From a bacterium (GTDB lineage: Bacteria > Electryoneota > Electryoneia > Electryoneales > Electryoneaceae): a stretch of 64,000 nt of DNA. This document shows, one piece after another, positions 20,160-31,646 of this stretch. Each line of letters opens with the position of its first letter. The first letter of the stretch is position 1. Made by a program: the position numbers and the translations under genes. Under the pieces are notes generated by a model that was given only the letters and a program-made list of their open reading frames with translations, was not told where the DNA came from and ran no database searches. The DNA is taken from contig OY769902.1 in assembly GCA_963669175.1 (NCBI GenBank), positions 160,001 to 224,000 of the forward strand, written 5' to 3'.

Positions 20160-21131
20160 ATGAAAACACGCCAGTTAGGCACTACAGATCTTTTCTTAAC
20201 AGAGATTGGTTTCGGAGCGTGGGCTATCGGAGGAGGCAATTGGGCCTTCGGCTGGGGGCCTCAGAACAATGCGGAAGCAATTGCTGCCATTAGACGTTCA
20301 ATCGAGCTGGGCGTAAACTGGATTGATACGGCTGCTATCTACGGCCTCGGTCACAGTGAAGAACTCGTGGCGCAAGCAGTTAAAGGTCATAGAAAAGAAG
20401 TTATAATTGCGACCAAGTGTTCCATGATCTGGGACGAGCGCGGTGTCATTTCCAACAGCCTCTATGCTGATTCCGTAAGGCGAGAATGTATCGCTAGCCT
20501 CCGTCGCCTGAATACCGATTATATTGATCTATACCAGATTCACTGGCCCAGCGATGACGAGAGGATTGAAGAAGGCTGGGAAACAATCCTCCGCTTGATG
20601 GAAGAGGGAAAAATCCGGCATGGTGGAGTGAGTAACTTCACCATTAACCATATTGAACGCGCTCAAATGGTTCATCCGGTTTCCTCGCTTCAGCCTCCCT
20701 ACAGCATGCTGGACCGGGGTATCGAGAAAGAGCTGCTTCCATACTGCCAGGAAAAGGGCATTGGTATTATTGCCTACAGTCCGATGCAGAACGGCCTCCT
20801 GACCGGGAAGTTTGACATCGCCAATGTAGCAGAGAGCGATTGGCGGCATCGTTCACCGCATTTCCAGGAACCGGCGCTGTCTGCAAGCCTGAAGTTTATC
20901 GAAGAAATCCGGCCAATCGCAGAGAAGTACAACAAAACAGTTGCGCAGTTGGCAATCGCATGGGTGCTGCGGCATGAAGTTGTGACTTCTGCAATCGTGG
21001 GAGCCAGACGTCCTTCCCAGATCGAAGAGACTGTCGGCGGAGCTGAGTGGGCACTCGATGAAGATGATATTAAAACCATTGATGAGTTGTTGAAAAAACG
21101 TCTTGATGCGATCAAAAAGAAAACAAAGTGA
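20160..21131 (+). CDS. Aldo/keto reductase
   Basis: IGFGAWAIGG, IDTAAIYG, IATK, IDLYQIHWP, GVSNF, AYSPM. Confidence 0.93.
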   Translation: MKTRQLGTTDLFLTEIGFGAWAIGGGNWAFGWGPQNNAEAIAAIRRSIELGVNWIDTAAIYGLGHSEELVAQAVKGHRKEVIIATKCSMIWDERGVISNSLYADSVRRECIASLRRLNTDYIDLYQIHWPSDDERIEEGWETILRLMEEGKIRHGGVSNFTINHIERAQMVHPVSSLQPPYSMLDRGIEKELLPYCQEKGIGIIAYSPMQNGLLTGKFDIANVAESDWRHRSPHFQEPALSASLKFIEEIRPIAEKYNKTVAQLAIAWVLRHEVVTSAIVGARRPSQIEETVGGAEWALDEDDIKTIDELLKKRLDAIKKKTK

Positions 21132-21193
21132 TTTGTTTTCCATGTACAGATTCTCTTCACCCGGTTGGATTTTCAACCGGGTGTTTTTGCTCA

Positions 21194-22113
21194 CTAGCCC
21201 GGATATTTCACCAATGCAATTTCAAATGTGGTATTTGATGGAATGGCCAGTACAAGAACCACGGCAGTGGTTCCCTGAATTAGCCCACCGTCCAGCGCCG
21301 TCTGTTTGGCGCTCACGGTGGGAATAGGATGTACGCTACTTGCCAACCCCGGCAGCGGGTTGCCTGAATATTTCCACTGTATACTTTTGATAATTATCAG
21401 GTTACTCCTTCCGGAGTAAATATATGGCGCGCATTATCTCCCCGGGTAGCCGCCAAACTGACGGCGGCTGCCCGGGGCTAATACAGGTTGCCCCTGCCGG
21501 GGCGGCTGCCGAAACTCAGCCTCAGTATGCCAGCGAAACAGGTAATTGACACGCAAAGGGATACCGGAGCAAACTATACCCTGAAAAATGCTGTATGAAT
21601 CAGTTGTATTGTGTTGATATGAACTGTGTTAAGATGATTATCCATATTTCACCAATGCAATTTCAAATGTGGTATTTGATGGAATGGCCAGTACAAGAAC
21701 CACGGCAGTGGTTCCCTGAATTAGCCCACCGTCCAGCGCCGTCTGTTTGGCGCTCACGGTGGGAATAGGATGTACGCTACTTGCCAACCCCGGCAGCGGG
21801 TTGCCTGAATATTTCCACTGTATACTTTTGATAATTATCAGGTTACTCCTTTCGGAGTAAATATATGGCGCGCATTATCTCCCCGGGTAGCCGCCAAACT
21901 GACGGCGGCTGCCCGGGGCTAATACAGGTTGCCCCTGCCGGGGCGGCTGCCGAAACTCAGCCTCAGTATGCCAGCGAAACAGGTAATTGACACGCAAAGG
22001 GATACCGGAGCAAACTATACCCTGAAAAATGCTGTATGATTCAGTTGCATTGTGCCGATATGGACTGTGTTGAAATTATAATCCTTGTTTCGTTCATGAA
22101 ATATCCGGGCTAG
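21194..22113. mobile_element. MITE-like element, tandem dimer (copies 2+3) inside one IR pair
   Basis: 17 bp IR CTAGCCCGGATATTTCA/TGAAATATCCGGGCTAG; 441 bp unit starting at 21203 and again at 21644; opposite orientation to copies 1 and 4. Confidence 0.85.
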
Positions 22114-22826
22114 CCTTCCAGCAAACGCTGCCGGGCCTCTTCCGAAAGCTTTTTTGTCGCTTCTGTCATGAAGCCTTTCCGTACTTTCCCCGCCCAAGGT
22201 TGCAGGAATTTCTCCACCGCCTCCAGATCGCTCACTTCACGCAACGCCCAGGCGACCGCTTTCCATATCTCTTTTTCCGTATGGGTCATCAGGTGCCGTA
22301 ATACCCGAAAAGTCTCTTCTGGGCAGGATCTTCCACCATGATTGAATTGTACTGTGGAGGCTGCGGCAAGGCGTTTTTTCCAGGTGGTTTCCCCATTTAC
22401 CGCCCAGGCTTCCAGGTAGCCCAACCGGCTCCAGTCATCCATGACCCAGTAACCTACCGGCAATGAAAGCTGGTCCGTGGTCTCCCAGTTGTCGAGTTCA
22501 CGCGCCCAGCCACCAACACGTTCTCCGAAAAGATCATCCAGTTCAGCGGCGCCTTTTCCCAGGCCGATAGCCCCCACGACAATCTCTTCACGAACGTGCG
22601 CGCCAACAACCAGGTTCAGAAAATGCTGCCAATCGAGCGGTTCAAGTTTGAAATGGTTGGTCGCATCACGAGCAATAGTGCGCAGTACTGGCACACGAAT
22701 TCCCTTAAAGGAGCCAGCGCCGGGAACCGCCTGCTTCATGCCTTCGGCATAAACCGGGTCGATATGCTGGTCAAACTGTCCCTGCAACCATTCACGAACG
22801 TGCTGAGGATTTACCGGAGAACTCAC
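22110..22826 (-). CDS. DNA alkylation repair protein (AlkD-like HEAT-repeat)
   Basis: GIRVPVLR, LDNWETTD, WKKRLA, KAVAWALRE. Confidence 0.82.
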   Translation of the reverse strand: MSSPVNPQHVREWLQGQFDQHIDPVYAEGMKQAVPGAGSFKGIRVPVLRTIARDATNHFKLEPLDWQHFLNLVVGAHVREEIVVGAIGLGKGAAELDDLFGERVGGWARELDNWETTDQLSLPVGYWVMDDWSRLGYLEAWAVNGETTWKKRLAAASTVQFNHGGRSCPEETFRVLRHLMTHTEKEIWKAVAWALREVSDLEAVEKFLQPWAGKVRKGFMTEATKKLSEEARQRLLEG

Positions 22827-23027
22827 CTCTTTACTCCTTTCGGATACACATATTGCCGCCGAGGCGCAAAATTGGGATGTTCCAAGCTCCTGCGCAAGAG
22901 GTAATGTCGTTCCAACTCTTCTTTTTTAGAGCGAGAGTGATCATAATCTATAATTGGTTGCGCCTGATGATGGATGAGGCTATGTTAGCAAGGCCAAAAC
23001 GAGCCGTAACCACTCAGGAGATCAACC

Positions 23028-26000
23028 ATGAAGGTGTACCAGTCCATTGTAATGATCATTCTCCTTTTGAGTTTTCCGCTTGCAGGAATGGCGGATGAAG
23101 TCTTCTTTCCGAGATTCCCGGATATTTCACCGGATGGAAAAACGGTTGTCTTTACCTTCCAAGGCGATATCTGGACCGCCTCTGTTGACGGTGGGCAGGC
23201 TCAACGCCTGACAGCAAACCCGGCATATGATCAGTTTGCCGTATTTTCCCCCGACGGGAAATCCATTGTCTTTACCTCAAACCGCAATGGGTCCTACGAT
23301 CTTTATATCATGCCCTCCACAGGCGGCATTCCGGAAAGATTAACCTTCTCCCCTGCGACTGATTTAGCGCAGGACTGGACGCCAGACGGTAAAACCATCC
23401 TGTTAAAATCCAGGCATCCTTATGAATACCCGGTTGACTACCAGATATTCACCATGCCTGCTTCCGGCGGCACCCCCTTCCGATTCACCGAGTTTTTTGC
23501 CAACGAAATCGTTGTTTCCCCCGACGGAAAATCGTACCTGCTGGCAATCGGTGACAATCGCTTCGGCCGCAGAGGGTATCGTGGCACCCTGCAATCCGAC
23601 ATCTGGCTGTGGAAAGAGGGTCAGGATCCCGTAAAAATCACGGATGATCCGGGCTATGATACCGACCCCATGTGGGCGCCGGATGGGAATACGGTTTATT
23701 TCCGTGGTGAAGACGACAAAAGCAACGCCTTCAACATCTGGAAAATGAACCTGGACGGCTCCGGTCGTACCCGTCTGACCAACTTTACGGATAAGACTCT
23801 CGGCGTTCGTAACGCCCGCATCAGCGAATCCGGCATCATCGTATTTGAAGCCGAATACGGGATCTACACTTTTGATCCGACATCCGGGAAAAAGCCGGTT
23901 CAGATCAAACTGGAAGCTGCTGCCGACCTGATTGAAAAACCGGTTGTCACCTCCACCTTCACCAGCGGCGCTTCTGACCTTACCGCCGATAGTGAAGGCG
24001 AAGAATATGCCATCATTGTCGAGGGCGATATTGTCCTGATAAACAAGGAACTCGGTGGTCGCGCCACGGTTCCGGTACCCGATCCGGCACGTGATCAGAA
24101 CATTGCCTTCAAACCCGGAACGGCAGATACACTCCTGTTCGATACGGATCGCTGGGGCGAGGGCAAGGATCGCGTACAGCGAGTCGCTCTCCTCATTTCC
24201 GACGACAAGGATGAATCGCTGCTGCGTGAAGCGAAAAAGTGGAAAATCGAATACCTGACCGGGACTGATGAAAACTGCTTCGATCCGCAATGGTCACCCG
24301 ATGGCAAGAAGATTGCCTACGTTAGCGGACAGGGCGACCTGATGGTAATGGATGCAGATGGCGGCGGAAAGAAAAAGCTCTTCACCAGCCCGAACACTCC
24401 TTCTTTCTCCTGGTCGCCGGATAGTCGCTGGATTGCCTATTCTGTTGAAGACAACGAATATAACGGTGATATCTGGATTATTCCCGCGAAGGGCGGCGAA
24501 GCCTATAACGTCAGCCAGCATCCCGATGATGATTTCAGCCCGAAATGGTCCAAAGATGGTCGCATGATTGCATGGACCACACGCCGTCATGACAACCAGT
24601 ACGATGTCTATTTCGCCTACCTGACCAAGGCAGATGATCAGCGTACAAAGGAAGAATGGGAAATCTGGGAAAAGACACGCGACAAACCGAACAAAAAAGA
24701 TAAAGACGAAGAAGAAAAAGACGAGGACGAAGAGGAAATCGCTCCTGAAGATACCTTCGAAGTGCGCATTGACTTCGATGGCCTCTATGAACGCGGACGT
24801 CGTCTCACTTCCAGCCCGAACACTGAAACCGCAGCCGCGATTCACCCCCGTGGCGACAAGATCTTTTTTGTCCGGCACACCGATGGTGATGCTTCCCTGA
24901 TCGCCGTGAATCGTTTTGGCAAAGACGAAGAGACCATTATTGAATCGCTGGATGGCGGTGTCCTTTTTGACGCCACAGCCGAAAAGTTTTACCTGATCAA
25001 GGGCGGAAAACCCGCTGTTGTCGGTATGGATGGCGGAAAGGTTGAAACAACCGATTTCGAGGCGTTGTTGACCATCGATAAACCGGCGCGACACCTGCAA
25101 ATCCTGGATGAAGCCTATTACACCCTGGGCGACTGGTTCTACGATCCCCGGATGCACGGGGTAGACTGGGCCCATCAGCGTGACCTGGTGGAACCGATCA
25201 TCAGGAATGCGTTCACTGAGGAAGACTTCGCGGACGGTATGAACCTGATGATTCGCGGGCTGAACTCCTCCCATATGGGTTATTATCCTCCAGGACGCAA
25301 CTCTGCTTATCGCACTCCGGGATTCCTTGGGCTTGAATTTGATCCCACATACAAGGGCAAGGGCCTGAAGGTAGCCAGTGTCATGATGGACTCCCCGGCC
25401 GATATGGTGAAGACACGCATTCTGCCTGATGATATCATTACGGAAGTGAACGGTATGCCGGTATCAGCAACGGAGAACTACTTCCGTACGATGGTTGACC
25501 GGGATGACAACCCCGCTTTCGTGACTTTTAAACGTGGTGGTGAAACCCTGACCTATAAACTTTCACCGACAAGCTGGTCCGGCATGTTTGATATTGCCTA
25601 TAACCAGATGGTGAAGGAAAACCGTGCGTATGTAGAGAAGAAGAGCAACGGCAAGGTCGGCTATGTCCACATCCAGGGCATGGGTTGGGCGCAGGTTGAA
25701 CTGTTTGAGCGCGACCTGTATGCGGCAGCCCATGACAAGGACGCCCTGATTATCGACGTTCGCTGGAATGGCGGCGGCTGGACGACAGACATGCTGCTCA
25801 CCATCCTGACTCAGCCTGAGCATGCGTATACCATCGGCCGTGATGGCGACATCGGCTACCCGCAACCTCGTTACCCGATGTATCGCTGGACCAAACCAAT
25901 TGCTGTCATTTGTGACGAGAATTCCTATTCCAACGCTGAAATCTTCAGCCACGCCATTAAGACGATTGACCGTGGTCCGGTGGTTGGCAACATCACTGGT

Positions 26001-26297
26001 GGTAATGTGATCTCCACCGGTGGCTGGACGACGCAGGATGGTGGTCATGTGCGCATGCCGTTCCGTGGCTTCTACGTCTGGGGCGATAAAAAGCACCCGG
26101 AACGCAACAACAAGAACCAGGAACATGGCGGCGCGATCCCGGATTACATTGTTGTGCTGACACCGGGCGACCGTATGCACGACAGGGATCCGCAGCTTGA
26201 CAAGGCGACAGACCTGATGATTGAAGCAGCAAAAGAAGAAGCGATGAAGCCGACTCCCAAGCCGAAAGATCCGGCGGCTGCGAAGTACTCGAAGTAA
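23028..26297 (+). CDS. S41 family tricorn-like protease (PD40 propellers, PDZ)
   Basis: Signal peptide, many SPDG repeats, GYVHIQGM, DVRWNGGG, SYSNAEIF. Confidence 0.93.
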   Translation: MKVYQSIVMIILLLSFPLAGMADEVFFPRFPDISPDGKTVVFTFQGDIWTASVDGGQAQRLTANPAYDQFAVFSPDGKSIVFTSNRNGSYDLYIMPSTGGIPERLTFSPATDLAQDWTPDGKTILLKSRHPYEYPVDYQIFTMPASGGTPFRFTEFFANEIVVSPDGKSYLLAIGDNRFGRRGYRGTLQSDIWLWKEGQDPVKITDDPGYDTDPMWAPDGNTVYFRGEDDKSNAFNIWKMNLDGSGRTRLTNFTDKTLGVRNARISESGIIVFEAEYGIYTFDPTSGKKPVQIKLEAAADLIEKPVVTSTFTSGASDLTADSEGEEYAIIVEGDIVLINKELGGRATVPVPDPARDQNIAFKPGTADTLLFDTDRWGEGKDRVQRVALLISDDKDESLLREAKKWKIEYLTGTDENCFDPQWSPDGKKIAYVSGQGDLMVMDADGGGKKKLFTSPNTPSFSWSPDSRWIAYSVEDNEYNGDIWIIPAKGGEAYNVSQHPDDDFSPKWSKDGRMIAWTTRRHDNQYDVYFAYLTKADDQRTKEEWEIWEKTRDKPNKKDKDEEEKDEDEEEIAPEDTFEVRIDFDGLYERGRRLTSSPNTETAAAIHPRGDKIFFVRHTDGDASLIAVNRFGKDEETIIESLDGGVLFDATAEKFYLIKGGKPAVVGMDGGKVETTDFEALLTIDKPARHLQILDEAYYTLGDWFYDPRMHGVDWAHQRDLVEPIIRNAFTEEDFADGMNLMIRGLNSSHMGYYPPGRNSAYRTPGFLGLEFDPTYKGKGLKVASVMMDSPADMVKTRILPDDIITEVNGMPVSATENYFRTMVDRDDNPAFVTFKRGGETLTYKLSPTSWSGMFDIAYNQMVKENRAYVEKKSNGKVGYVHIQGMGWAQVELFERDLYAAAHDKDALIIDVRWNGGGWTTDMLLTILTQPEHAYTIGRDGDIGYPQPRYPMYRWTKPIAVICDENSYSNAEIFSHAIKTIDRGPVVGNITGGNVISTGGWTTQDGGHVRMPFRGFYVWGDKKHPERNNKNQEHGGAIPDYIVVLTPGDRMHDRDPQLDKATDLMIEAAKEEAMKPTPKPKDPAAAKYSK

Positions 26298-26321
26298 TAC
26301 TTGATCCTGATGCGCTTTCTG

Positions 26322-26359
26322 ACTGCAACTCCGATTTGGTCTCGGAGTTGCAGTTTTTT
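26322..26359 (+). terminator. Intrinsic terminator
   Basis: ACTGCAACTCCGA/TCGGAGTTGCAGT stem plus T-run. Confidence 0.85.
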
Positions 26360-26497
26360 CTTTCCCTGATGCGTCATTCATCACAAATTTATCAGCCTCA
26401 GCAATGCTATATTGAATATTGTGGTGGTCCGTTTTTATAATTGATACGTGCTTCGGAACAAAAATCCTTTCAGAGCCTGCTTGGGGAGTAATGGCTA

Positions 26498-29400
26498 ATG
26501 CCAGAAACAGGTGAAAAATCTCTTTATTCCGCCATGTCGGCAGACATCAACCAGAGTGGCCCCGATGTCATGCAGGAACAGAACCAAATGATACTCGCCG
26601 CCTACTTCGACGCCCCTTTCGGTGTGCATCTGTACCGGCTGAATGACGATGAACAACTGGTATTTGCCGGAGCTAATAATACAGCAGACAACCTCCTGAA
26701 GATTGAACACGAAACCCTGATTGGCCAATTCCTGCCTGATGTTTTTCGGAATGCAAAAAGCAGTGATCTTTTCGAGAACCTTACTGAAATTGCAAAAAAC
26801 GGCTCTACCTGGATTTCTGAAGTGTTTGATTATCAGGACGATCGGATTTCCGGCGCTTTCCTGATTCTTGCTTACCGTCCGATACCTGGAACACTACTGA
26901 CGATCATTGCCGATGCCAGCGAACTGATGCTGCAACAGAACCTGATACAACGCAAACAGGAACAACTGGATATCATCCTGAATTCCGCCAATATCGGCAT
27001 CTGGGATTATGATTTGAAGAACGGTATTCTGGAAATCATGGGCCAGGGATTGATAACTCTTGGTTATGACGCTCCCAGGCTCAGTGTTTCGACAGAGCAA
27101 TGGCTCGCCATGATTCATCCTTTGCAACGTGAAGATGTCGCCCGCTCTTTCCAGGCGCACCTGGAAGGAAGAAGTATTTTTTTTGACAAAGAATACCAGG
27201 TTCGCTCCGTGTCCGGCAATTATTATTGGATTTCTATCCGTGGCAAAGTAGTAGAACGCGACCGCTCAGGGATTCCTGTCAGGGCTACGGGTATCCATGA
27301 AGATATCAACAATCGAAAGAAACGCGAAGAACAGATCCGCCTGTACCATGAACGCATGTACCAATACCAGAGTACGCTGTTATCCCTGTCCACGCATCGT
27401 GCATTGCGCATTGGTAATTTTGCCCAGGCTGCCCGCACGATTACCAGCGCTGTTGCTGATATTCTGCGTGCAGATCGGGTGTCAATCTGGCTTGTAAATG
27501 GTTCACGTGATCAACTCGTTAGCGTAGATCTATACAATCGCCCGCAAGAGACGCATACCTCGGGCGACATCTTGACCCCGAGTACCAATCCCAACTATTT
27601 CATGGCGCTGGATGCCGGCAGGTATATTGCAGCAAATGATGCCCGCCATGACCCGAGAACCAAAGACTTTACCGCATCCTATCTCGAGCCCAATGATATT
27701 TATTCACTGCTGGATACTCCCATCAGGATCGAAGGAGAAGTTGCCGGGACTGTCAGTATTGAAAATACACAAACATTACGTAAATGGGATGAATCTGAGA
27801 TCTCTTTCGTCGGACAGGTTGGCGACCTTACCGCACAAGCCTTGAGCAATGCCAGGCGAAGAGAAGCTGAAGAGGCGTTGCGGGAAAGCGAAGAAAAGCT
27901 TCGCTCTTTCATGGAAAGCGTTGATGACTCTGTCTATTTCCAGAGGTTGGATGGCGCAGTCGAACACTTGACCAGTGTGGACTCGAAAACGACCGGGTAT
28001 AGTCGAGAAGAGTATAAAAACGATCCACAACTCTGGGAAAAAATTATCCATCCGGATGATTTCCGGATTGCAAAAGACTTCTTCCAGAGCAAGGCCGGTA
28101 AGGTGGACCGATTTGATATCCTGTTCAGGCTCAAGCATAAGTCAGGAGACTGGCGATGGATACAATCACGCATGGTGGGCGCGAAAGATAAACAGGGAAA
28201 AATCACGGGGTATAACTGTGTTGACCGTGATGTCACAAACCTGAAAACAGCCGAAGAAGAAATCAGGCAAAGCGAAAGCCGATTCAGAATGCTGTTCGAG
28301 AACTCGGAGGATGCGATTTACATCCGAGTCGGCCGTCAGTTTGTCATGGTGTCACCCAGTTTCGAGCGACTGTTCGGCTATGATGCGTCTGAAATTACAT
28401 CCGAGGGATTTGATTCTTCAGTTTTTATTGCCGAGAAAGACCGTGATGTCGTTCTTGGGCATCTGGAGGCCTACGATAAAGGCGAGCTGGGTACTATTGA
28501 AGAATCCTTTACCGGAGTACGAAAAGACGGACAGAAAATAGAGGTTGATTTGCGTGTGTCACGGCTGGAGTGGGATGGCGCCCCAGCCATAATGGGTATC
28601 ATACGTGATGTTTCCGAACGCCGTCGCCTTGAAGCTCAATTGTTGCGTTCCCAGAAAATGGAAGCTGTCGGCAGACTGGCCGGTGGTATAGCCCACGACT
28701 TCAACAATCTGTTGACCGCGATTTCCGGGAATGCAGAACTGGCCCAATTACAGTTGCATGAAAGTGATCCACTCTTTCGTTATGTCAACGATATTACGAA
28801 AACAACCACTCGCGGTGCAGCGCTTACACGGCAGTTGCTGGCATTCAGCCGGAAACAGGTTGCCGAACCTCGCCTGACCAACCTGAATACGATCCTGACC
28901 AACATGGAGTACATGCTTCGCCGCCTGATTGGCGAGGATATCCGTTTTGTTCTCCAGAAAGATACAGAACTGGGACAGATCCTGATTGATCCGGTTCAAC
29001 TGGAACAGATAATCGTCAACCTCGTGGTCAACGCTCGTGATGCCATGCCGGAAGGCGGAAGGCTTGCCATAGAGTCCAGCAATGTGGACGTGGACAAGAA
29101 CCACACCCTTGAACACCTGGACGCGAAGCTTGGCCCCCATGTCCTTCTGACGGTACAGGATACCGGCTGTGGTATTCCAGCGGAAATCCTCGACAATGTT
29201 TTCGAGCCCTTCTTCACCACCAAGGGCGAATCGGAAGGAACCGGCCTGGGATTGTCTACTGTGTATGGTATTGTCCGTCAGAACGGCGGGCATATTGATC
29301 TGAAAAGCACTTTGAACGAGGGAACCATTTTTAACATCTATTTGCCTCGTGTCCAGGCAAAGGAAGTGCTGGAAGAAAACGCCCATATAACAAGAAAAGA

Positions 29401-29785
29401 ATCCCTGAAAGGCAACGAAACGATCCTGGTTGTGGAAGATGAAGAAGCCGTTTTGCAGATGACATCGCAACTGTTGACCCATTACGGATACCATATTATT
29501 ACCGCACGTGATGCGACAACCGCGCTCCAGGAAGTGCAGTCATCAAAGGGTAAGACCATTGACCTGATCCTTACGGATGTGATCATGCCGGACATGAACG
29601 GTCCTGAACTTGCCGAGAATCTGGCCGTCAGTAATCCTGATATAAAAGTCATCTATATGAGTGGCTACACCGAGAATGAAATTATCAAAAAGGGATTGTC
29701 CGACGTCAATTTCAGCTATATCCAGAAGCCATTCAGATCCTTTGATTTGATCTCGCTGGTGCGTGAAACCCTGGAGAAGCGATGA
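26498..29785 (+). CDS. Hybrid sensor kinase/response regulator (PAS/GAF-HisKA-HATPase-REC)
   Basis: PAS/PAC motifs, [43 protein letters not shown]. Confidence 0.93.
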   Translation: MPETGEKSLYSAMSADINQSGPDVMQEQNQMILAAYFDAPFGVHLYRLNDDEQLVFAGANNTADNLLKIEHETLIGQFLPDVFRNAKSSDLFENLTEIAKNGSTWISEVFDYQDDRISGAFLILAYRPIPGTLLTIIADASELMLQQNLIQRKQEQLDIILNSANIGIWDYDLKNGILEIMGQGLITLGYDAPRLSVSTEQWLAMIHPLQREDVARSFQAHLEGRSIFFDKEYQVRSVSGNYYWISIRGKVVERDRSGIPVRATGIHEDINNRKKREEQIRLYHERMYQYQSTLLSLSTHRALRIGNFAQAARTITSAVADILRADRVSIWLVNGSRDQLVSVDLYNRPQETHTSGDILTPSTNPNYFMALDAGRYIAANDARHDPRTKDFTASYLEPNDIYSLLDTPIRIEGEVAGTVSIENTQTLRKWDESEISFVGQVGDLTAQALSNARRREAEEALRESEEKLRSFMESVDDSVYFQRLDGAVEHLTSVDSKTTGYSREEYKNDPQLWEKIIHPDDFRIAKDFFQSKAGKVDRFDILFRLKHKSGDWRWIQSRMVGAKDKQGKITGYNCVDRDVTNLKTAEEEIRQSESRFRMLFENSEDAIYIRVGRQFVMVSPSFERLFGYDASEITSEGFDSSVFIAEKDRDVVLGHLEAYDKGELGTIEESFTGVRKDGQKIEVDLRVSRLEWDGAPAIMGIIRDVSERRRLEAQLLRSQKMEAVGRLAGGIAHDFNNLLTAISGNAELAQLQLHESDPLFRYVNDITKTTTRGAALTRQLLAFSRKQVAEPRLTNLNTILTNMEYMLRRLIGEDIRFVLQKDTELGQILIDPVQLEQIIVNLVVNARDAMPEGGRLAIESSNVDVDKNHTLEHLDAKLGPHVLLTVQDTGCGIPAEILDNVFEPFFTTKGESEGTGLGLSTVYGIVRQNGGHIDLKSTLNEGTIFNIYLPRVQAKEVLEENAHITRKESLKGNETILVVEDEEAVLQMTSQLLTHYGYHIITARDATTALQEVQSSKGKTIDLILTDVIMPDMNGPELAENLAVSNPDIKVIYMSGYTENEIIKKGLSDVNFSYIQKPFRSFDLISLVRETLEKR

Positions 29786-29868
29786 GAGCCCCCTCACGGC
29801 GGTAACTCCCGGTTTTGAACGACCATTTGCTTACATTCCCTCAGGTTTGATTTCCCCCTGGAAAAGGC

Positions 29869-30312
29869 ATGCAGGAAAATACTGTACAGGAAATAGTGAC
29901 AACCACTGTTGCTGAAACGGAAGCAGTCGGCGCTGCCCTTGCCCGGAAAGTGAAGGTCGGCGAATCGGTTGCCCTGATCGGACAGCTTGGAGCCGGGAAA
30001 ACCACATTCTCACGTGGTTTTGTACGCGAGCTTGGCTATGAAGGTTCGGTACGTTCGCCCACCTATACATTGGCGAACCGTTATCCCTCCAGACCACCGG
30101 TTACTCATCTTGACCTGTTCCGGTTGATCGACCCTTCCGAACTGATCGCCCTTGACCTGGAATTGGAACAGGAAGCGAGAATCCTCCTGGTGGAATGGGG
30201 CGACCGTTTCGAGGAGGAATGGGGTCCGGCTTCCTGGACAGTTGCTTTCGATCACGATCCCGCAATGCCGGATCAGCGAAAGATTACTATCAGAAACAAC
30301 AGAGGTGTGTAA
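29869..30312 (+). CDS. tsaE: tRNA t6A biosynthesis ATPase TsaE
   Basis: GQLGAGKTTF, SPTYTL, HLDLFRL, VEWG. Confidence 0.92.
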   Translation: MQENTVQEIVTTTVAETEAVGAALARKVKVGESVALIGQLGAGKTTFSRGFVRELGYEGSVRSPTYTLANRYPSRPPVTHLDLFRLIDPSELIALDLELEQEARILLVEWGDRFEEEWGPASWTVAFDHDPAMPDQRKITIRNNRGV

Positions 30313-30318
30313 TCCGAT

Positions 30319-30996
30319 ATGCAAATTCTGATCATAGATACATCCGGTAATGCGGCACGCTGGGCAGGCGTTGAAGATGCTGTGATGGTTGATCCGGTTG
30401 AAGTGGAAACGGGCCGTAAACACGACAGCGTACTCGCAGAAGGTATCGTAAGCTGGTTGAAGCGTAATGACTGGCAGAAACCGGATGCGATTGGAATCGT
30501 GACCGGTCCCGGTGGCTATACCGGGCTTCGTGTCGGTGTCGCTTTTGCCACCGCCGCTGCGGCCGGATGGGGAATCCCGGTTGTCCCGGTCACCGCCTAT
30601 GAAGCTGTCGCGGGCCGTGCAGGGGAAAATGAAACTGTCTGGACCTTGTTGCCCAGCAGAAAGAATCATTGCCGCTGCCGTTTGATGACAGGCGGCTCCA
30701 CACCACAAGCAATCACGGAACCCGATGAGATCAGCGTCCTCTCGCCGACCTGGCCGGAGTCTTCCAAGCCGTATATCCTGTTGGGGGACGGCTACGAGCG
30801 TCACCATGAAACGCTGAACGCCCTGGCTTCAGAACAACCCACAATTCTCAAGACCGACGAATCCAGCTTGCTGAGTAAAGGTGAAGCGGTGGCTCGCGTC
30901 GTCTGGCAGGCCTGGCTCGATAAAAAGGCTGTATCCCCCAGCGAAATCGACGTCGAATACGGAGGCGATTTTCAACCTACTGCCAAAGCGAAATAG
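30319..30996 (+). CDS. tsaB: tRNA t6A biosynthesis protein TsaB
   Basis: ILIIDTS, GPGGYTGLRVG; adjacent to tsaE. Confidence 0.88.
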   Translation: MQILIIDTSGNAARWAGVEDAVMVDPVEVETGRKHDSVLAEGIVSWLKRNDWQKPDAIGIVTGPGGYTGLRVGVAFATAAAAGWGIPVVPVTAYEAVAGRAGENETVWTLLPSRKNHCRCRLMTGGSTPQAITEPDEISVLSPTWPESSKPYILLGDGYERHHETLNALASEQPTILKTDESSLLSKGEAVARVVWQAWLDKKAVSPSEIDVEYGGDFQPTAKAK

Positions 30997-31077
30997 TCAT
31001 CACCCCATAATCCGGAAGACTTGCAACAATTCACAGGATACACAGGATTGATAAAGATTGACAGGATAAATGATAAT

Positions 31078-31553
31078 TAGCCCGAATATTTCATGAACGG
31101 AACATGGATATTCATCTTAACACAGTTCATATCAACACAATACAACTGATTCATACAGCATTTTTCAGGGGACAGTTTGCTCCGGTATCCCTTTGCGTGT
31201 CTATTCCCTGTTTCGCTGGCAAAATAGGCTGAGAATCGGCAACCGCCCCGGCAGGGGCAACCTGTATTAGCCCCGGGCAGCCGCCGTCAGTTTGGCGGCT
31301 ACCCGGGGAGATAATGCGCACCATATATTTACTCCTGAAGGAGTTACCTGATAAATATCAAGAGTATACAGCGATAATATCTAGGCAACCCGCTGCCGGG
31401 GTTGGCAAGTAGCGTACATCCTATTCCCACCGTGAGCGCCAAACAGACGGCGCTGGACGGTGGGCTAATTCAGGGAACCACTGCCGTGGTTCTTGTACTG
31501 GCCATTCCATCAAATACCAAATTTGAAATTGCATTGGTGAAATATTCGGGCTA
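31078..31553. mobile_element. MITE-like element, copy 4
   Basis: IR TAGCCCGAATATTTCA/TGAAATATTCGGGCTA; homologous to copy 1. Confidence 0.85.
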
Positions 31554-31554
31554 G

Positions 31555-31601
31555 TCGTGTGGCCCGGCGTGCTCGCACCCGGGCAGTTGTGCAGTGTCAG
31601 G
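31555..31601 (+). repeat. REP-like palindrome (GTGG-CCCGG-C-GTGC-TC-GCAC-CCGGG)
   Basis: 47 bp, one mismatch to 33237-33283; core also at 55620-55653. Confidence 0.8.
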
Positions 31602-31646
31602 TTGGGTGGCTGTAATCCAGACATGCCTGTCAGGACACTTTTCCAG

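Noticed and set aside
21103-21327. Peptide MQFQMWYLMEWPVQEPRQWFPELAHR... recurring in element copies
   Set aside because: It recurs only because the repeat does; copy 1 has indels that change the frame, and there is no clear RBS.
23117-23131. 15 bp match to the MITE end (CCCGGATATTTCACC) inside the S41 protease gene
   Set aside because: It encodes the conserved PDISP propeller motif, and has no TA flank or partner end; likely coincidence.
23403-26384. Long antisense ORFs (270-330 aa) opposite the S41 protease, and similar ones opposite clpC and the C25 gene
   Set aside because: They are shadow frames of codon-biased genes, with no motifs or RBS.
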